Source: Phaeosaccion multiseriatum (taxonomy: Eukaryota; Protista; Ochrophyta, other classes). From it: 64,000 nt of DNA. Location: positions 4,317,695-4,381,694 of the forward strand of contig OZ218954.1 of NCBI GenBank assembly GCA_965112735.1, read 5' to 3'. Position 1 is the first letter of the stretch; the number at the start of each line of letters is the position of its first letter. Below the pieces are notes generated by a model. The model had not been told where the DNA came from, searched no databases, and was given only the letters and a program-made list of their open reading frames with translations. The position numbers and the translations under genes were made by a program. This document shows, one piece after another, positions 11,753-23,950 of this stretch.

Positions 11753-12280
11753 TCATGACATCCGACGGTTCCATGTATCAACCAGTGACTCCAAAGCGCC
11801 GAAAGGCCTCTTGCTCCGCCCTGTGTGTGACGGGAAGCACCTCATGCAGAGGTCCTGCGGGTCTCGTTCGAAAGATGAGGCGCTATTGAAGGCCGGGGAA
11901 ATCGTCTCGCACCACCGATCATACGTATTGGGACACACAAAGCGGAGCTGCCCACCAAAGACGTCTTCCCACTCTCGCCGGGGCGGGCCCTCCATGAGCG
12001 AGAGGACAAAGGCCCAGGTGCCTGAAGACTCATCGTCGTGTCGGGAGAGAAAGTCCCCTATCGTGAAGAGCGTGACAAACAGATCAGAGAGCTCGGGTTG
12101 GAATGTGGGAGTCTCGTGGAAATGGGCTCCAATGATGCTCCTCACTCTGTCCGTCATGCTCAGGCTGATAAATGTCTCTTCCATCTCCTGCACCAACGGG
12201 CGCCCTGGCTCCAGCTCCCACTTGGAGTAGGAGAAGCGATTCCTCTTGTAGGCCTCCTGCACAGACGCATTGCGCTGCTC
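11753..12280 (-). pseudogene. 2OG-Fe(II) oxygenase (prolyl-hydroxylase/OGFOD-like) exon fragment
   Basis: FVTLFTIGDFLSRHDD (HxD motif), WAFVLSL..W..GGQLRF and ISPAFNS are typical of 2OG-FeII_Oxy_3/4. The 5' part is replaced by the LINE fold-back. Confidence 0.6.
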
Positions 12281-12288
12281 AATGTCAT

Positions 12289-12748
12289 CTAAGCTGCGCG
12301 TCTTGAGGTTGTGATTGAAGGCATCGTTCGTGCCTTCCCTGGTGATGTTCCTTGTTTATACCCACTTCTTTTCCTCGCCATTTGATCTCGCCTGTGTCGA
12401 ACCGATCGTTCGTGTCGGGCCCGCTGGAGCGCTACGGCTAATCGTCGCCGAATGACGCAAACAGCTCTCGCATAAGCCCTCGTGTCCAGATGTTCGTGCC
12501 CCCCAGCCATGTGGGTGGCGAGTGTTTTCATAAACATCTGAGCAGAAGGACCAAATGCGCCTCAAGCTGATGTGCAAGGCGCATTTGGTCCTTCTGCTCA
12601 GATGTTTATGAAAACACTCGCCACCCACATGGCTGGGGGGCACGAACATCTGGACACGAGGGCTTATGCGAGAGCTGTTTGCGTCATTCGGCGACGATTA
12701 GCCGTAGCGCTCCAGCGGGCCCGACACGAACGATCGGTTCGACACAGG
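12289..12748. mobile_element. 3' remnant of an RLE-type (CRE/R2-like) non-LTR retrotransposon duplicated as a perfect inverted repeat
   Basis: Arms ~12391-12562 and ~12577-12748 are exact reverse complements around a 14-nt spacer. Translation DVQGAFGPSAQMFMKTLA...IRRRLAVALQRAR resembles the end of restriction-like endonuclease domains. Confidence 0.55.
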
Positions 12749-13144
12749 ATCCTGGCTGGTATCAACTTTGTTCCAATGGGGAGAACTGATGAGTCAGAGG
12801 GCTAAGTTCCCCGGGGCGGTGAGACATTACTTTTAGACAACCATAAGGGTGTAATATATAATGATCTCGCCACCTCTTGGCCGCCTCCACCGGGTCCTTT
12901 ACAACGAACACTTCAATGCCAGGCCCAGCCACGAAAGTCCGGTACTGTGGCGGCAACACGTCCCCCTGAGGGAAGACACGAAAACACTCCAAGCAAGAGG
13001 CCTTCACGCTCCGAGTGCCAGCTGTAAATTAGATCACCAACGCGATCACATGTTGACAACGATCAACTTGTGTCGCTTGCAAAGTATCACCCTTGCAAGC
13101 GAATGCCACTCTTTCCCGAGCTACTGTGAAGCCTCTGAACAATC

Positions 13145-16100
13145 ATGTCCGGGGGAGGAGGAGGAGGAGGAGGGAGGTTGGAGGCCGAGAAAGTGGTAGG
13201 TTCCTTTGGCATTTTCAGATGAGGGTGGGTGGTGAAAGTTCCGCGTTCTGTGCTGCTGCTCTTACTCAAGCTTCCAGAGGCGGCACTGTGGTACCATCAT
13301 GGCATTTACTGCCTCTCTACTTTTTATTGAGCTCGCTCCTGTGGTCTGACAGGTCATCCCCATGTCTTATATCTTTGCCAATTGGGGAGCCCGTCCTTTC
13401 TCCCTCGCCCAACCTTCTCCATTTCTCTCCTTCTTCGCTCCCTCACTTCCTGCTAACACTCCTTTTCGATGCCTAAGAAGGAGTGACATCTACTAAGCAG
13501 TACATCCATACCCCACCCACCCCACTACCCCCCCCCCTTTCCGGTCGGTCGGTATTCGCTCTCCTCCATCCTTCCTTTCCCACAGGGCTTGGTACTGGAG
13601 CGCCTGTCCAACGCCGGCGATGCCTCTGACCGCCGCGCCGCCCTGGAGAGTGTGCTAGACATGGCCAGGAGAGAGCCCAGTGAGGTGGGCAAGCAGGGGT
13701 TGCCGCTCATCATGACGTATCTGCAGGCAGGGCTGCCAGACTCGGACATGACACAGAGTGCCATCGAGATCATTCTCGCTCTCGTGTCTCCGCCCGGGGA
13801 AGACGAAGAAGGCGAGCAGGCCTCATCGGCAGTAGTAGCAGCAGCAGGAGGAGGAGGGGGGGGGGCAGGAAGAGCCAGGGGCAAGAGGCACCGTCCGGGT
13901 GTGGCGGCCAACACCGCTGCCGTAGTGATGGACGACGCCTTCTTCCAACGCGTGCTCGACCTTCTGGAGAGTACCGACATGCTCACTGCCCTCACTGCCG
14001 TGCAGGTAGGGAGGGAGGGTGTCATGTATCATGTATCATTGGTGTCGGGACGGGGGCGAGGACGGTATGTCGCTCATGAAGGGATGAACCAACGAACGAA
14101 TGAACGAACCCGTGAAGTCACTCACTCACTCACTCACTCACTCACTTACTCATCCACCAACTCACTCACCCACCCCTCTCTCACTCACTCACTTACTCAC
14201 TCACTTACTCAATCACCCACCCACCCACCCACTCACTCACTCCGTCCCTCCCTCCCACCCTCCCTCCCTCCCTCCCTCCCTCCCACCCTCCTACCCTCCC
14301 TCCCTCCCGCCAGGTACTGCGACAAATCCAAAGGTCGGCTGCCGCATCGCTAGAGACGGCCCTTCTCGAGTGCCCTGCGGTGAGCCCACACACACACACA
14401 CGGACCCCTCCTCGCACCTTCATGCGTCATCACCCCATATGCTCTGAACGCCTCCCTCAACTCAACTCATTTCCCTCCCTCGCTCCCTCCCTCCCTCCCT
14501 CCCTCCCTCCCTCCCTCCCTCCCTCCCTCCCTCCCTCCCTCCCTCCTCCCTCCCTCCTCTCTCCCCTCCTCTCTCTCTCTGTTGCAGGGCCTGTCCCGAT
14601 TGATGGGCATTCTCGCTGACTCTCGCGAAGAAGGCGTGAGGAACGAAGTCGTTTGCCTGCTGGGACAGCTCACCAGGACCAACATTGAAGGCGAGGACTT
14701 CGACTTCTCACATCCATGCCCTCGACTCCCTACCTCGTGTGCCCCGACTTCTTATGTCGGGTACCCCTTCTTCTTTCCTTACCTTATATCCCTCCCGCTT
14801 CGGCCCTTATCTGAATCCCTTTCACCCTCTCTCTTGGCTCCATCACCCTCTCTCTTGTCTCCATCACCCTCTCTCTTGTCTCCATCACCCTCTCTCTTGA
14901 CTCCATCACCCTCTCTCTTGACTCCATCACCCTCTCTCTTGGCTCCATCACCCTCTCTCCCCTCTCAACATCCCCCACGCTCCCCGCCGCCGTCCCCATC
15001 CACTGTATTCACCATCCTCGACCCCTTCAGTGAAAAAGTTCGTCGCCTTCCAGGAGGGTTTCGAACGCCTAACCCGCATCATGCTTGACGAGGGCATGCT
15101 CGAGGGAGGCAGCGTCATCGTTAGGGACTGCCTTGACGTGATGCGTAACCTCCTCAGCAGGCAAGTAGTCGCCACCTGTGGTGTGTGGGCGTGTGTGTGT
15201 GGGTGGGTGCGTGCGTGGTTCTGTGTGTGGGTGGTTTGGTGCCTGTGTGCGCGTGGGTGCGGATTGTCCGTTTTGGTTTGGTAGCAGTCGAATGAGAAGT
15301 GCAGGACCAGCAGCTTTAGATAATACGGCAGCTTGAGTGCCGATAGGCAAATCTGACAGCCGCCGTGACTTTGCGTCTTCCGTCTCTCTCATGTCCCTCC
15401 TTCCCTCCCTCCCTCCCTCCCTCCCTCCCTCCCTCCCTCCCTCCCTCCCTCCCTCCCTCCCTCCCTCCCTCCCTCCCTCCCTCCCTCCCTCCCTCCCTCC
15501 CTCGCTCCCTCCCTCCCTCCCTCCCTCCCTCCCTCCCTCAGCAACGAAGCCCTTGCCACCCGGAACCTTTTCTGCCAGTCGCCCTCTCTCTGCCTGGACT
15601 CCTTCCATCAGCTGTTGGACATTCGCGTCCTCGCATACCCCTACGCAGTAGAGGGTGACGCCCTCGCTGAAGGAGGAGGAGGAGGAGGAGGAGGAGGAGG
15701 AGGAGGAGGAGGAGGAGGAGGAGGAGGAGGAGGAGGAGGAGACGCCGCTGCCCACCGCTCGGGAATGAGTGACGCCCCCTCGGGATTGAGCAGCAGTGGC
15801 GCCCCCTCGGGACAAGGCCACGGAGAGCTTGTGGAGGGGGTGCATGCAGATATCATGTCAAGGGCACTCACCGTCCTGAAGCTTGTGCTGCACAACCCTG
15901 AGGGGGAGGGGCAGGGAGGAGGAGGAGGAGGAGGAGGAGATCGTATTCATCACCAGCAGCAGCAGCAGCTCAAGCAGCGAGGAGAGCGGCAGAGGACCAT
16001 CGCTCTGGCCGGGGATGGCACTCTATCCGCCATGCTTGTGCACTTGGCCTTTAGTCGAGCGACCCCTTACTCCCTCGTGCCTGAGCACTTTCGTATGGAG

Positions 16101-18999
16101 TGCATGACGCTTGTAGGACGGTTACTGGACGGTTACAACAGCGCCAATCAGTACGAACTAGGGCAGTTGCTTGTTCAGGACGTTGGCGACGGGTCGTTGG
16201 AGCTCCCCGCCCTGCTGGTGGAGGGGGTGCTGGCGGAGACGGATAGGCGCTTTAGTGAGCTTTATCATTTCGTTCTGGGGGCCCTCTTTGAGGGCAATGA
16301 GCTCGGGTGTACTCAGGTGTGTGTGTGTGTGTGTGGGTGGTGTGTGTGTGTGTGTGTAGGTGGTGGTGTGTGTGAGAGTCGTTTATATCGTGCATCCTTC
16401 AGCGCCTTCTCCCTCTCGTTATCCCCCCTCAGCACCCAATCTTCTCTAATCATCTGAGAACCTCCTCCCTCTTCGCATCCCCCCTGGGGCACCCCGAAAT
16501 CACTAAACCTCCTAACCCCGTCACTTTCCCACGCACCCACGCACCCACCCACCCACCCACCCAACGTCACCCACCCACCCACGCACCCTCTCACCTGCTC
16601 ACGCACGCACCCACACCCTCACTCACAGATGGCGAGTCACGTGATCGCCCCCCCCCCCCCTCCGATGGACCTCGACATCAACCAAATGGAGCACTGGGTC
16701 GCCCCCACACCCCCGGGCAAGATTATGCTTGATCGGATGCGGGCCGCCGCCGGACAACTCGCTTCACTAGAGGCCGCCGCTGCTGCTGCTGTATCACCAA
16801 CAGCTGATGATAGAGGGGGTGTGGATACGGAGGTGTACGATTACAAGGGGGGGGCGGCGGCGGCGACGGCGGCGGAGACGCTGACACAAGGCTGCAAGGT
16901 GGGTGAGGTGATGAGCGTGTTGGTTGTTCATCCATGCTTGTGCTGTGCTGCTAACGGCTCGGTAAACACCCTTTAACGCACCCGTTAAGGGTTAACGCAC
17001 GTGCTGACCGCCCGTTAGGATCAGGTCAGGGTAGGGGGTGTCAGGACAGGACGGGGTCCTATCAACACCCGTTAAGACCCATTAACACCCAGTAACTACC
17101 CCAATGTGGTGCCATCCTTTCATCCTCAGGTGCTTAGCATGCTCTTCATGCATGGGGGCATCGCCACCAAGGAAATCGCTCTACGCATCTCTCTGCCAGA
17201 CGATGACTTCGACGACTTTGACGACGACCATCATAATGGCGCACCACCAACTGTTGGGGTCCGTGGTGGGGGTGGGGGTGGGGGTGCTACGTCTGCCACC
17301 ACCCCGCTCCTCCCTTGCATCCTCAAGTGGCTGCAAATCGCGGTAGATCTCCTTCGCTCCGCCTCCTCTGCCTCCTCCACCTCCTCCTCCTCCTCCTCCT
17401 CCTCCTCCTCCTCCCTGCTATCATCATCAGCGGCAATCGCAGCGGCAGGCCCGTCTGATGCCGGTGATCAATCACATTCAGCAGCTGTAGGAGGAGGAAG
17501 AGGAAGAGGAGGAGGAGGAGGAGTTGGAGCCCTAGCCAGCTGTTGCCTCGGTCTCCTCCAGCTCGCATGCCGTTGGCTGCACCGCTGCCCTGCCGCTGCT
17601 CAGGAGCTACTTCAGTCTCCTCTGCTTCTCTTTGTGGTGGAGCTCGCCTCTGCAGATGGCAAACATAAACACAACCAACGGCTACACTCAGAGAGGGAGT
17701 CAGAGAAGGAGTGGGCCTTGGCCCTGACCGCGAGGGAGAGAGAGATGGTGAAAGGGTTGGCTTGCCTCACTCTGGGGCTTGTACTAGAGTATGTGGAGGA
17801 CGATGCGTCCGAGCAGGAGCGTTACAGAAAACAGCACCAGCAGCAGCTGAAGCAGGGCGAGGAGCAGGAAAGGGAGAGGACCAGTACCGACGGTGCGAAT
17901 GGAGGAGTTGGGGGTGTTAGTTGTGGTGGTGATGGTGGTGGTGGTGAGAGTGCACTATAAGCATCTCGGAGCTCCACCATATAGAGATGCACTAAGGAGT
18001 CGTCCTCCCTCCCTCCCCCCCTCCGTCCCTCCGTCCCTCCCTCCCTTCCTCCCTCCCTCCCTCCCTCCCTCCCTCCCTCCCTCTCTCCCTCTTTCCCTCC
18101 CTCTCTCCCTCCCTCCCTCCCTCTCTCCCTCCGTCTCTTCCCAGGTGGCGGGATGGCAGCGAATGGTGATGGTGATGGGGAGGCCGAGGAGCAGCAGTGG
18201 AATCGTACTGTGGTGCTGTCTATGGTGGAGGCGAGGGTGGGACTAACGGCCTTTGTGGCGGCCATTGAGAGCGCCAGGAAGCTTTACATGACCGAGAGAG
18301 ACAAAGAGGCCAAACGGCAACGCCTCCTTCAGCGCCAACAGCAGCAGCACAGCAACAGTAGTCGTAGTAGCAGATTCACAGATGGCAATAGAGGCACGAG
18401 TGTGTCATCCGCATCATCATCATCATCATCAGGGCTGTTCCCCGTGGACCCGAACTTTGCGGCGCTTCTTGCGACTGCCGCCACCGAAGTGAGACGCAGG
18501 GTAATGTCTCACTTTACGGGGGGGGGGGGGAGGACGTGGGGGAGGAGGGGAACGTGGAGGGGAACGTGGAGGGGAAGGTGGAGAGGAAGGTGGAGAGGAA
18601 GGTGGAGGGGAAGGTGGAGGGGAAGGTGGAGAGGAAGGTGCGGCGCGATTGGCCTTGCTAAAGATGCAAGAAGAAGAGATTGAGGAGCTGCGGATGGCAC
18701 TGGACAGCGCCGAGAGGAGGATTATCCTGACACCAGGCCATGACGAGAAGAGCATCATGGAGGAGGAGCTAAGAGACCAATTGGAGGACACTGAGAGGGC
18801 GCTGCAGAAGTCAGTGAAGGAGGGCAATCGATTACGGGAGGAGGTGGAGGCAGCTCGGGGGGAGAGAGCGATGGATGGAGCGGAGTTGCGGCACAGGGAG
18901 GAGGAGATGGCGGGGCTGGGGGTGACGGTTACTATGTTGGAGCGGCAGCTGGCGGAGAGAGAGGCACAGGTGGGGAGGTTGGTGATACAACAACAACAA

Positions 19000-19042
<43 letters not shown>

Positions 19043-21078
19043 GGGGAGGGGGGGAGGGGCACGACGGAGCGGAGGAGCAAAGGGACGAGGGGAAGGAGGG
19101 GAATCACACAAGCTTGCTGTATGATCAACTCGCGGAGATGCAGAAGCGGCTGGACGCTGTCGGTGCTCAACTCGACACAGAGCGGAGGGAAGCGTGTGCG
19201 GCAAGGTTGGAGGCTTCACGCGTGCTTGAGGAGCGGGCAGAGGCGGCGAGGGAGGAGGGGAGGGAGGAGGGGAAGGGTGTGGTGGTGAGTTTGGAGGAGG
19301 AGATGGAGAGGCTGAGGGAGAAGCTCAAGAGGGTGCGAGAGGGAGCCGGAAGGGGCTACGGTGGTGAGGAGGAGGAGGAGGAGGAGGAGGAGGAGCAAGC
19401 GGCGGGAGAGGGGGAGGAGGAGGGGGAGGAGAAGGCGGAACAGGAGTGCGCAGGGAGAGACGGAGGAGGCGGCAGGAGGAGCAGCATGATGCGATTCCAG
19501 CAACAGCAGCAGAAACGGGATCAAACGGAGCAACTGAATAAGGCAAAGGCGAAGGCGGAGGAGTTGGAAGGGAAAGTCGTGCAGCAGGAGAGGTGGCTCA
19601 GGGACCTGGAGGGCACCCTTGCAGGCAAAGTGGCAGAGGCGGAGGCCAAGGGGAGGGAGGCGGCACTGTTTCGGGAGAGAGCGGCAGCGGCGGAGGACGA
19701 GGCGGTGCGGACGGGGGCGCTGCTGGAGGAGGAAAGAGCGCTGCTGGGGAGGGTGAGGAGCGAGGCAAGGAGGGCTGGTGACCTACAGGTGAGTGAGAGG
19801 GAGGGAGGGAGGGAGGGAGGGAAAGAGGGGGTGTGAGGCCAGTTTTGCTTTTGAGCGTACCATTTCTCGAGGCCTTGGCTGAACTGAACGTGTGTCCACC
19901 CCCACCCCTGTTATACTTCCGTGCCCCGTTCTTGCCTCTGTGCTGCCCTCTGTACTGCCCTGATTGCCAGGAGGAGACTCTGCTGAAGCTGACGGAGGCG
20001 GCGAGAGCAGCAGCGTCGGCAACTGAGCCATCAGAGTCATCACCATCATCATCGGGCGGTGGTGATACGGCGGGGGAGGGTCGTCGCCAGAGCACGGAGC
20101 ACATGCAGCAGATGCTCACGGAGGAGCTCGAGAAGGCTAAGGGAAGACAAGCCGAGCAGGTGAGGTACATGAGGGGACAGGGAAGTGGGGGGGAGAGGGG
20201 AGGGGAGGGAGAGAGTCAGAGAGAGAGGGATAGAGAGAGAGAGAGAGAGAGAGTGGGGGGGAGAGGGGAGGGGAGGGAGAGAGTCCGAGAGAGAGGGATA
20301 GAGAGAGAGAGAGAGAGAGAGAGAAAGGGAGAGGGAGTGGGAGAGGAAGAGGGAGAGGAAGAGGGAGAGGAAAGCGGAGAGAGAGAAGGAGGAGGAGGTG
20401 GAGAGAGGAGGGGAGCGGAGGGGAGGGGAGGAAAGAAGAGGAGAGAATAAGTAGAGGGAGCCTATCCCTCCTGTCCACTGCCATCCCTCCCTCTCTCACG
20501 ACCCATCCACTGCCATCCCTCCCGCCCGCCCTCACCTTACTTGCTTGCTTGATTGGCGACGACTATAACTTGGGGCACTTGGCAACGACTCACTCTTGAC
20601 AAAAGCTGCTGCAGCTGGAGACAGAGGTGCGCGAGGCGAGTGCGAGGGCCGATCGACTGCTCAGGGAGAAGGAGGAGGCTGTGACTCGGGCAAGAAGAGA
20701 GGTGGCGGAGGAGTGGGAGATGAAGCTCTCTCTCGCGCAGGAGGAGTTAGGGACTGCTCGGGAGGAGGCCAAGCGCCTTCGGATGGCAGTGGACGGGCTC
20801 AGAGAGGCCTCCTGGAAGGTGAGTTGGAGTTTGAGTTTGCCTTGAGAGTTTCCTTTGAGTGAGAGTTGGGGTTTGAGTTGCGCCTTTGTGTGAAAGATGC
20901 TGATATGGACCTGTTCATGAGACCTTACGAATATCGATCCATCCCCACGACCCATTATCGATATCGAATCCGAAAATTAACGAGACGGGTTTCTGTGCCA
21001 ATCTGAGGGCGGCCCTCTTCACGGACTTACTTGTGTTGGAGAGGTCGAATAACCCGAACCTGAAACTGAAAACTCGTG

Positions 21079-21131
<53 letters not shown>

Positions 21132-22119
21132 GAAGGTGGAGGAGAGTACAGCGGCCCTTGAGGGGCAGCAGGAGGAGGTGAAGCGCTGGAAGGACGGTTA
21201 CGAAGACCTCATGCGCAATCATACGCAGCTGGAGGAGAGGTACGAGCAGGTCAGGCAGGAGGCGACCCAAGCACTAAACAAGGCGACAGAGCTCGAACAG
21301 AGGCATATGGGCGAGAGGGAGGAGGAGGCAGGCAGGGTGGACGCAGAGCGAGATGAGCTTGAAGCGAGATTGAAGGAGGTGCAGGGGTGGCTCGGGGCTT
21401 GTGAGGGGGAGAAGGAGGAGGTGGGGGGCGAGTTGGAGATGCTGAGGGCGCAGCACCGGCAGACGGTTGCGCAGTTGGACGGGGAGCGGCGACAGGGGGA
21501 GGAGAGGGTGAGGGCGTTGGAGCAGAGTGAAGGAGAGCGGCTCATAGCCATTGAAGAGGCGGAGTGTTTGCAGACTGAGCTGCAGCTCTTACGACACCAA
21601 GGAGGAGGAGGAGGAGGAGGAGGAGGAGGAGGAGGAGGAGGAGGAGGAGGAGAAGGAGGAAAAGGAGGCGGGGGAGAGGAGCGTTTCCGCGTCGAGGAGG
21701 AGCTCCAGGAGCTGAAGGACGAGCATTTGGACCTCCTGGCCATGCTCGCCCAGCAGGAGATGGTGAAGGAAGTGGCGTTGCAGCAGGTGGGACAGTGGGG
21801 GGGGGAGGAGGCCGTGGGGCAGGTCTTGCAGGCGGCCAGAGCGGCGGTGGTAGCCAGCTATGGCTTTTATGTTGACTATGATGAGGAAGAGGAGGAGGAG
21901 GAGGAGCAGCAGCAGGAAGAAGAAGGAGAAGAACAAGAAGAAGAACAAGAAGAAGAAGAAGAAGAACAAGAGGAGGAGGAGAAGGAGGAGGAGGAGGAGG
22001 GTCAAGGCTTTGCATATGGAGACGATGGAGGAGGAGGCAGTCGTCACCTACTCAAGGGAGGAGGTGGAGGAGGTGGTGGTGGTGGAGGAGGAGGATCGCA
22101 GCAACAGTACTGCCAATAG
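13145..22119 (+). CDS. USO1: Golgi/ER vesicle tether USO1/p115, multi-exon
   Basis: Head motifs AEKVGLVLERL..DRRAAL, GLSRLMGILADSREEGVRNEVVCLLGQLT and KKFVAFQEGFERL..GGSVIVRDCL..NLL. Then long coiled-coil exons, the C-terminal ELKDEHLDLLAMLAQQE and an acidic tail. One apparent frameshift at a G13 run (18518-18530). Confidence 0.9.
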
Positions 22120-22539
22120 GAGGAGGCAAGGGGACGCCCCTGTTGTTGCCCTCGCTTGCATTGTGTCCTCGATTTGATTGAGGTGAAGTCAGTGATGTGC
22201 TTGTTGCCTTTTTTGGGTCAAGGGGGGCATACGCGTGCTCATATGCCTCCACATGTGTCCATACAACCTTTCCTACACTGTGGTGTGCGTGGAGACGTTG
22301 GTGGGTAGGTGTGTGGGTGTGTGCGTGGGTATATTTTGCTCCGTCCCAGGCTGTGTGTGTGTTGGGGGGGGGGGGGGGATTAGGAAGGTTTCTGAGCGAT
22401 GCGAGTCGCCAGGGATGTACTGAAGTTCGACGGGCCAGGCCTGTCGCCACGCGGCAGCAACTAACGTGAACGGAAAGTATCGGGACTATTTACTGAAAAC
22501 GGTAGATGTCTCTTCGATGAACCTCCTCTTCCTCCTCTT

Positions 22540-23436
22540 CCTCCTCCTCCTCCTCCTCCTCCTCCTCCTCCTCCTCCTCCTCCTCCTCCTCCTCCTCCTC
22601 CTCCTCCTCCTCCTCCTCCTCCTCCTCCTCCTCCTCCTCCTCCTCCTCCTCCTCCTCCTCCTCCTCCTCCTCCTCCTCCTCCTCCTCCTCCTCCTCCTCC
22701 TCCTCCTCCTCCTCCTCCTCCTCCTCCTCCTCCTCCTCCTCCTCCTCCTCCTCCTCCTCCTCCTCCTCCTCCTCCTCCTCCTCCTCCTCCTCCTCCTCCT
22801 CCTCCTCCTCCTCCTCCTCCTCCTCCTCCTCCTCCTCCTCCTCCTCCTCCTCCTCCTCCTCCTCCTCCTCCTCCTCCTCCTCCTCCTCCTCCTCCTCCTC
22901 CTCCTCCTCCTCCTCCTCCTCCTCCTCCTCCTCCTCCTCCTCCTCCTCCTCCTCCTCCTCCTCCTCCTCCTCCTCCTCCTCCTCCTCCTCCTCCTCCTCC
23001 TCCTCCTCCTCCTCCTCCTCCTCCTCCTCCTCCTCCTCCTCCTCCTCCTCCTCCTCCTCCTCCTCCTCCTCCTCCTCCTCCTCCTCCTCCTCCTCCTCCT
23101 CCTCCTCCTCCTCCTCCTCCTCCTCCTCCTCCTCCTCCTCCTCCTCCTCCTCCTCCTCCTCCTCCTCCTCCTCCTCCTCCTCCTCCTCCTCCTCCTCCTC
23201 CTCCTCCTCCTCCTCCTCCTCCTCCTCCTCCTCCTCCTCCTCCTCCTCCTCCTCCTCCTCCTCCTCCTCCTCCTCCTCCTCCTCCTCCTCCTCCTCCTCC
23301 TCCTCCTCCTCCTCCTCCTCCTCCTCCTCCTCCTCCTCCTCCTCCTCCTCCTCCTCCTCCTCCTCCTCCTCCTCCTCCTCCTCCTCCTCCTCCTCCTCCT
23401 CCTCCTCCTCCTCCTCCTCCTCCTCCTCCTCCTCCT
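22540..23436. repeat. Pure (CCT)n microsatellite, ~300 units
   Basis: Uninterrupted CCT tract read directly from the sequence. Confidence 0.97.
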
Positions 23437-23950
23437 GCGATAATCTCCTGCTGGTGCTGCACTTGTGCTGGTGCTGCTTGAACGAACGTCTCCCTCTTTC
23501 CTTGCTGCAGGGCCTCCCGGCCTCCCCTCCCCTCCCCTCCCCTTCCCCATGAGTTGCGGCCTCCTCAGGACATACTCACATAGTCACATAGGACAATGGC
23601 AAGGCTACCATGGCACCATCACGTAGAAAGGCTTGTTGGTTGGGCAGCGCACACACACATACACACACACACACACACACACGCACGCACGCACACACGC
23701 ACGCTCACACGGACGGGGGTACAAAGCGTTGGATCGCGTTCGGCCATATTTTTCTATTCGGCTGCCATCCGTCTTCTTCAACCCCCGACCATCACCCCCC
23801 TCGTCCATCTTATTCCCCTTCTCGGGCTCCTGCGACCCGTCCGCTTTAACCCTTCGTATCAGAACTCTACGATGGAGCCATGGAAAGGGCGCTCCTACTT
23901 CATACAAAAAGGAGCACGTAGCAGCAACAGGAGGACGGCTAATCTCAAGG

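Noticed and set aside
18518-18530. Frameshift in USO1 as programmed recoding or pseudogenisation
   Set aside because: It falls in a G13 homopolymer, so a sequencing indel is most likely; the rest of the gene is intact.
22461-23550. Poly-Gly, poly-Leu and poly-Arg ORFs
   Set aside because: Stop-free frames of a CCT microsatellite.
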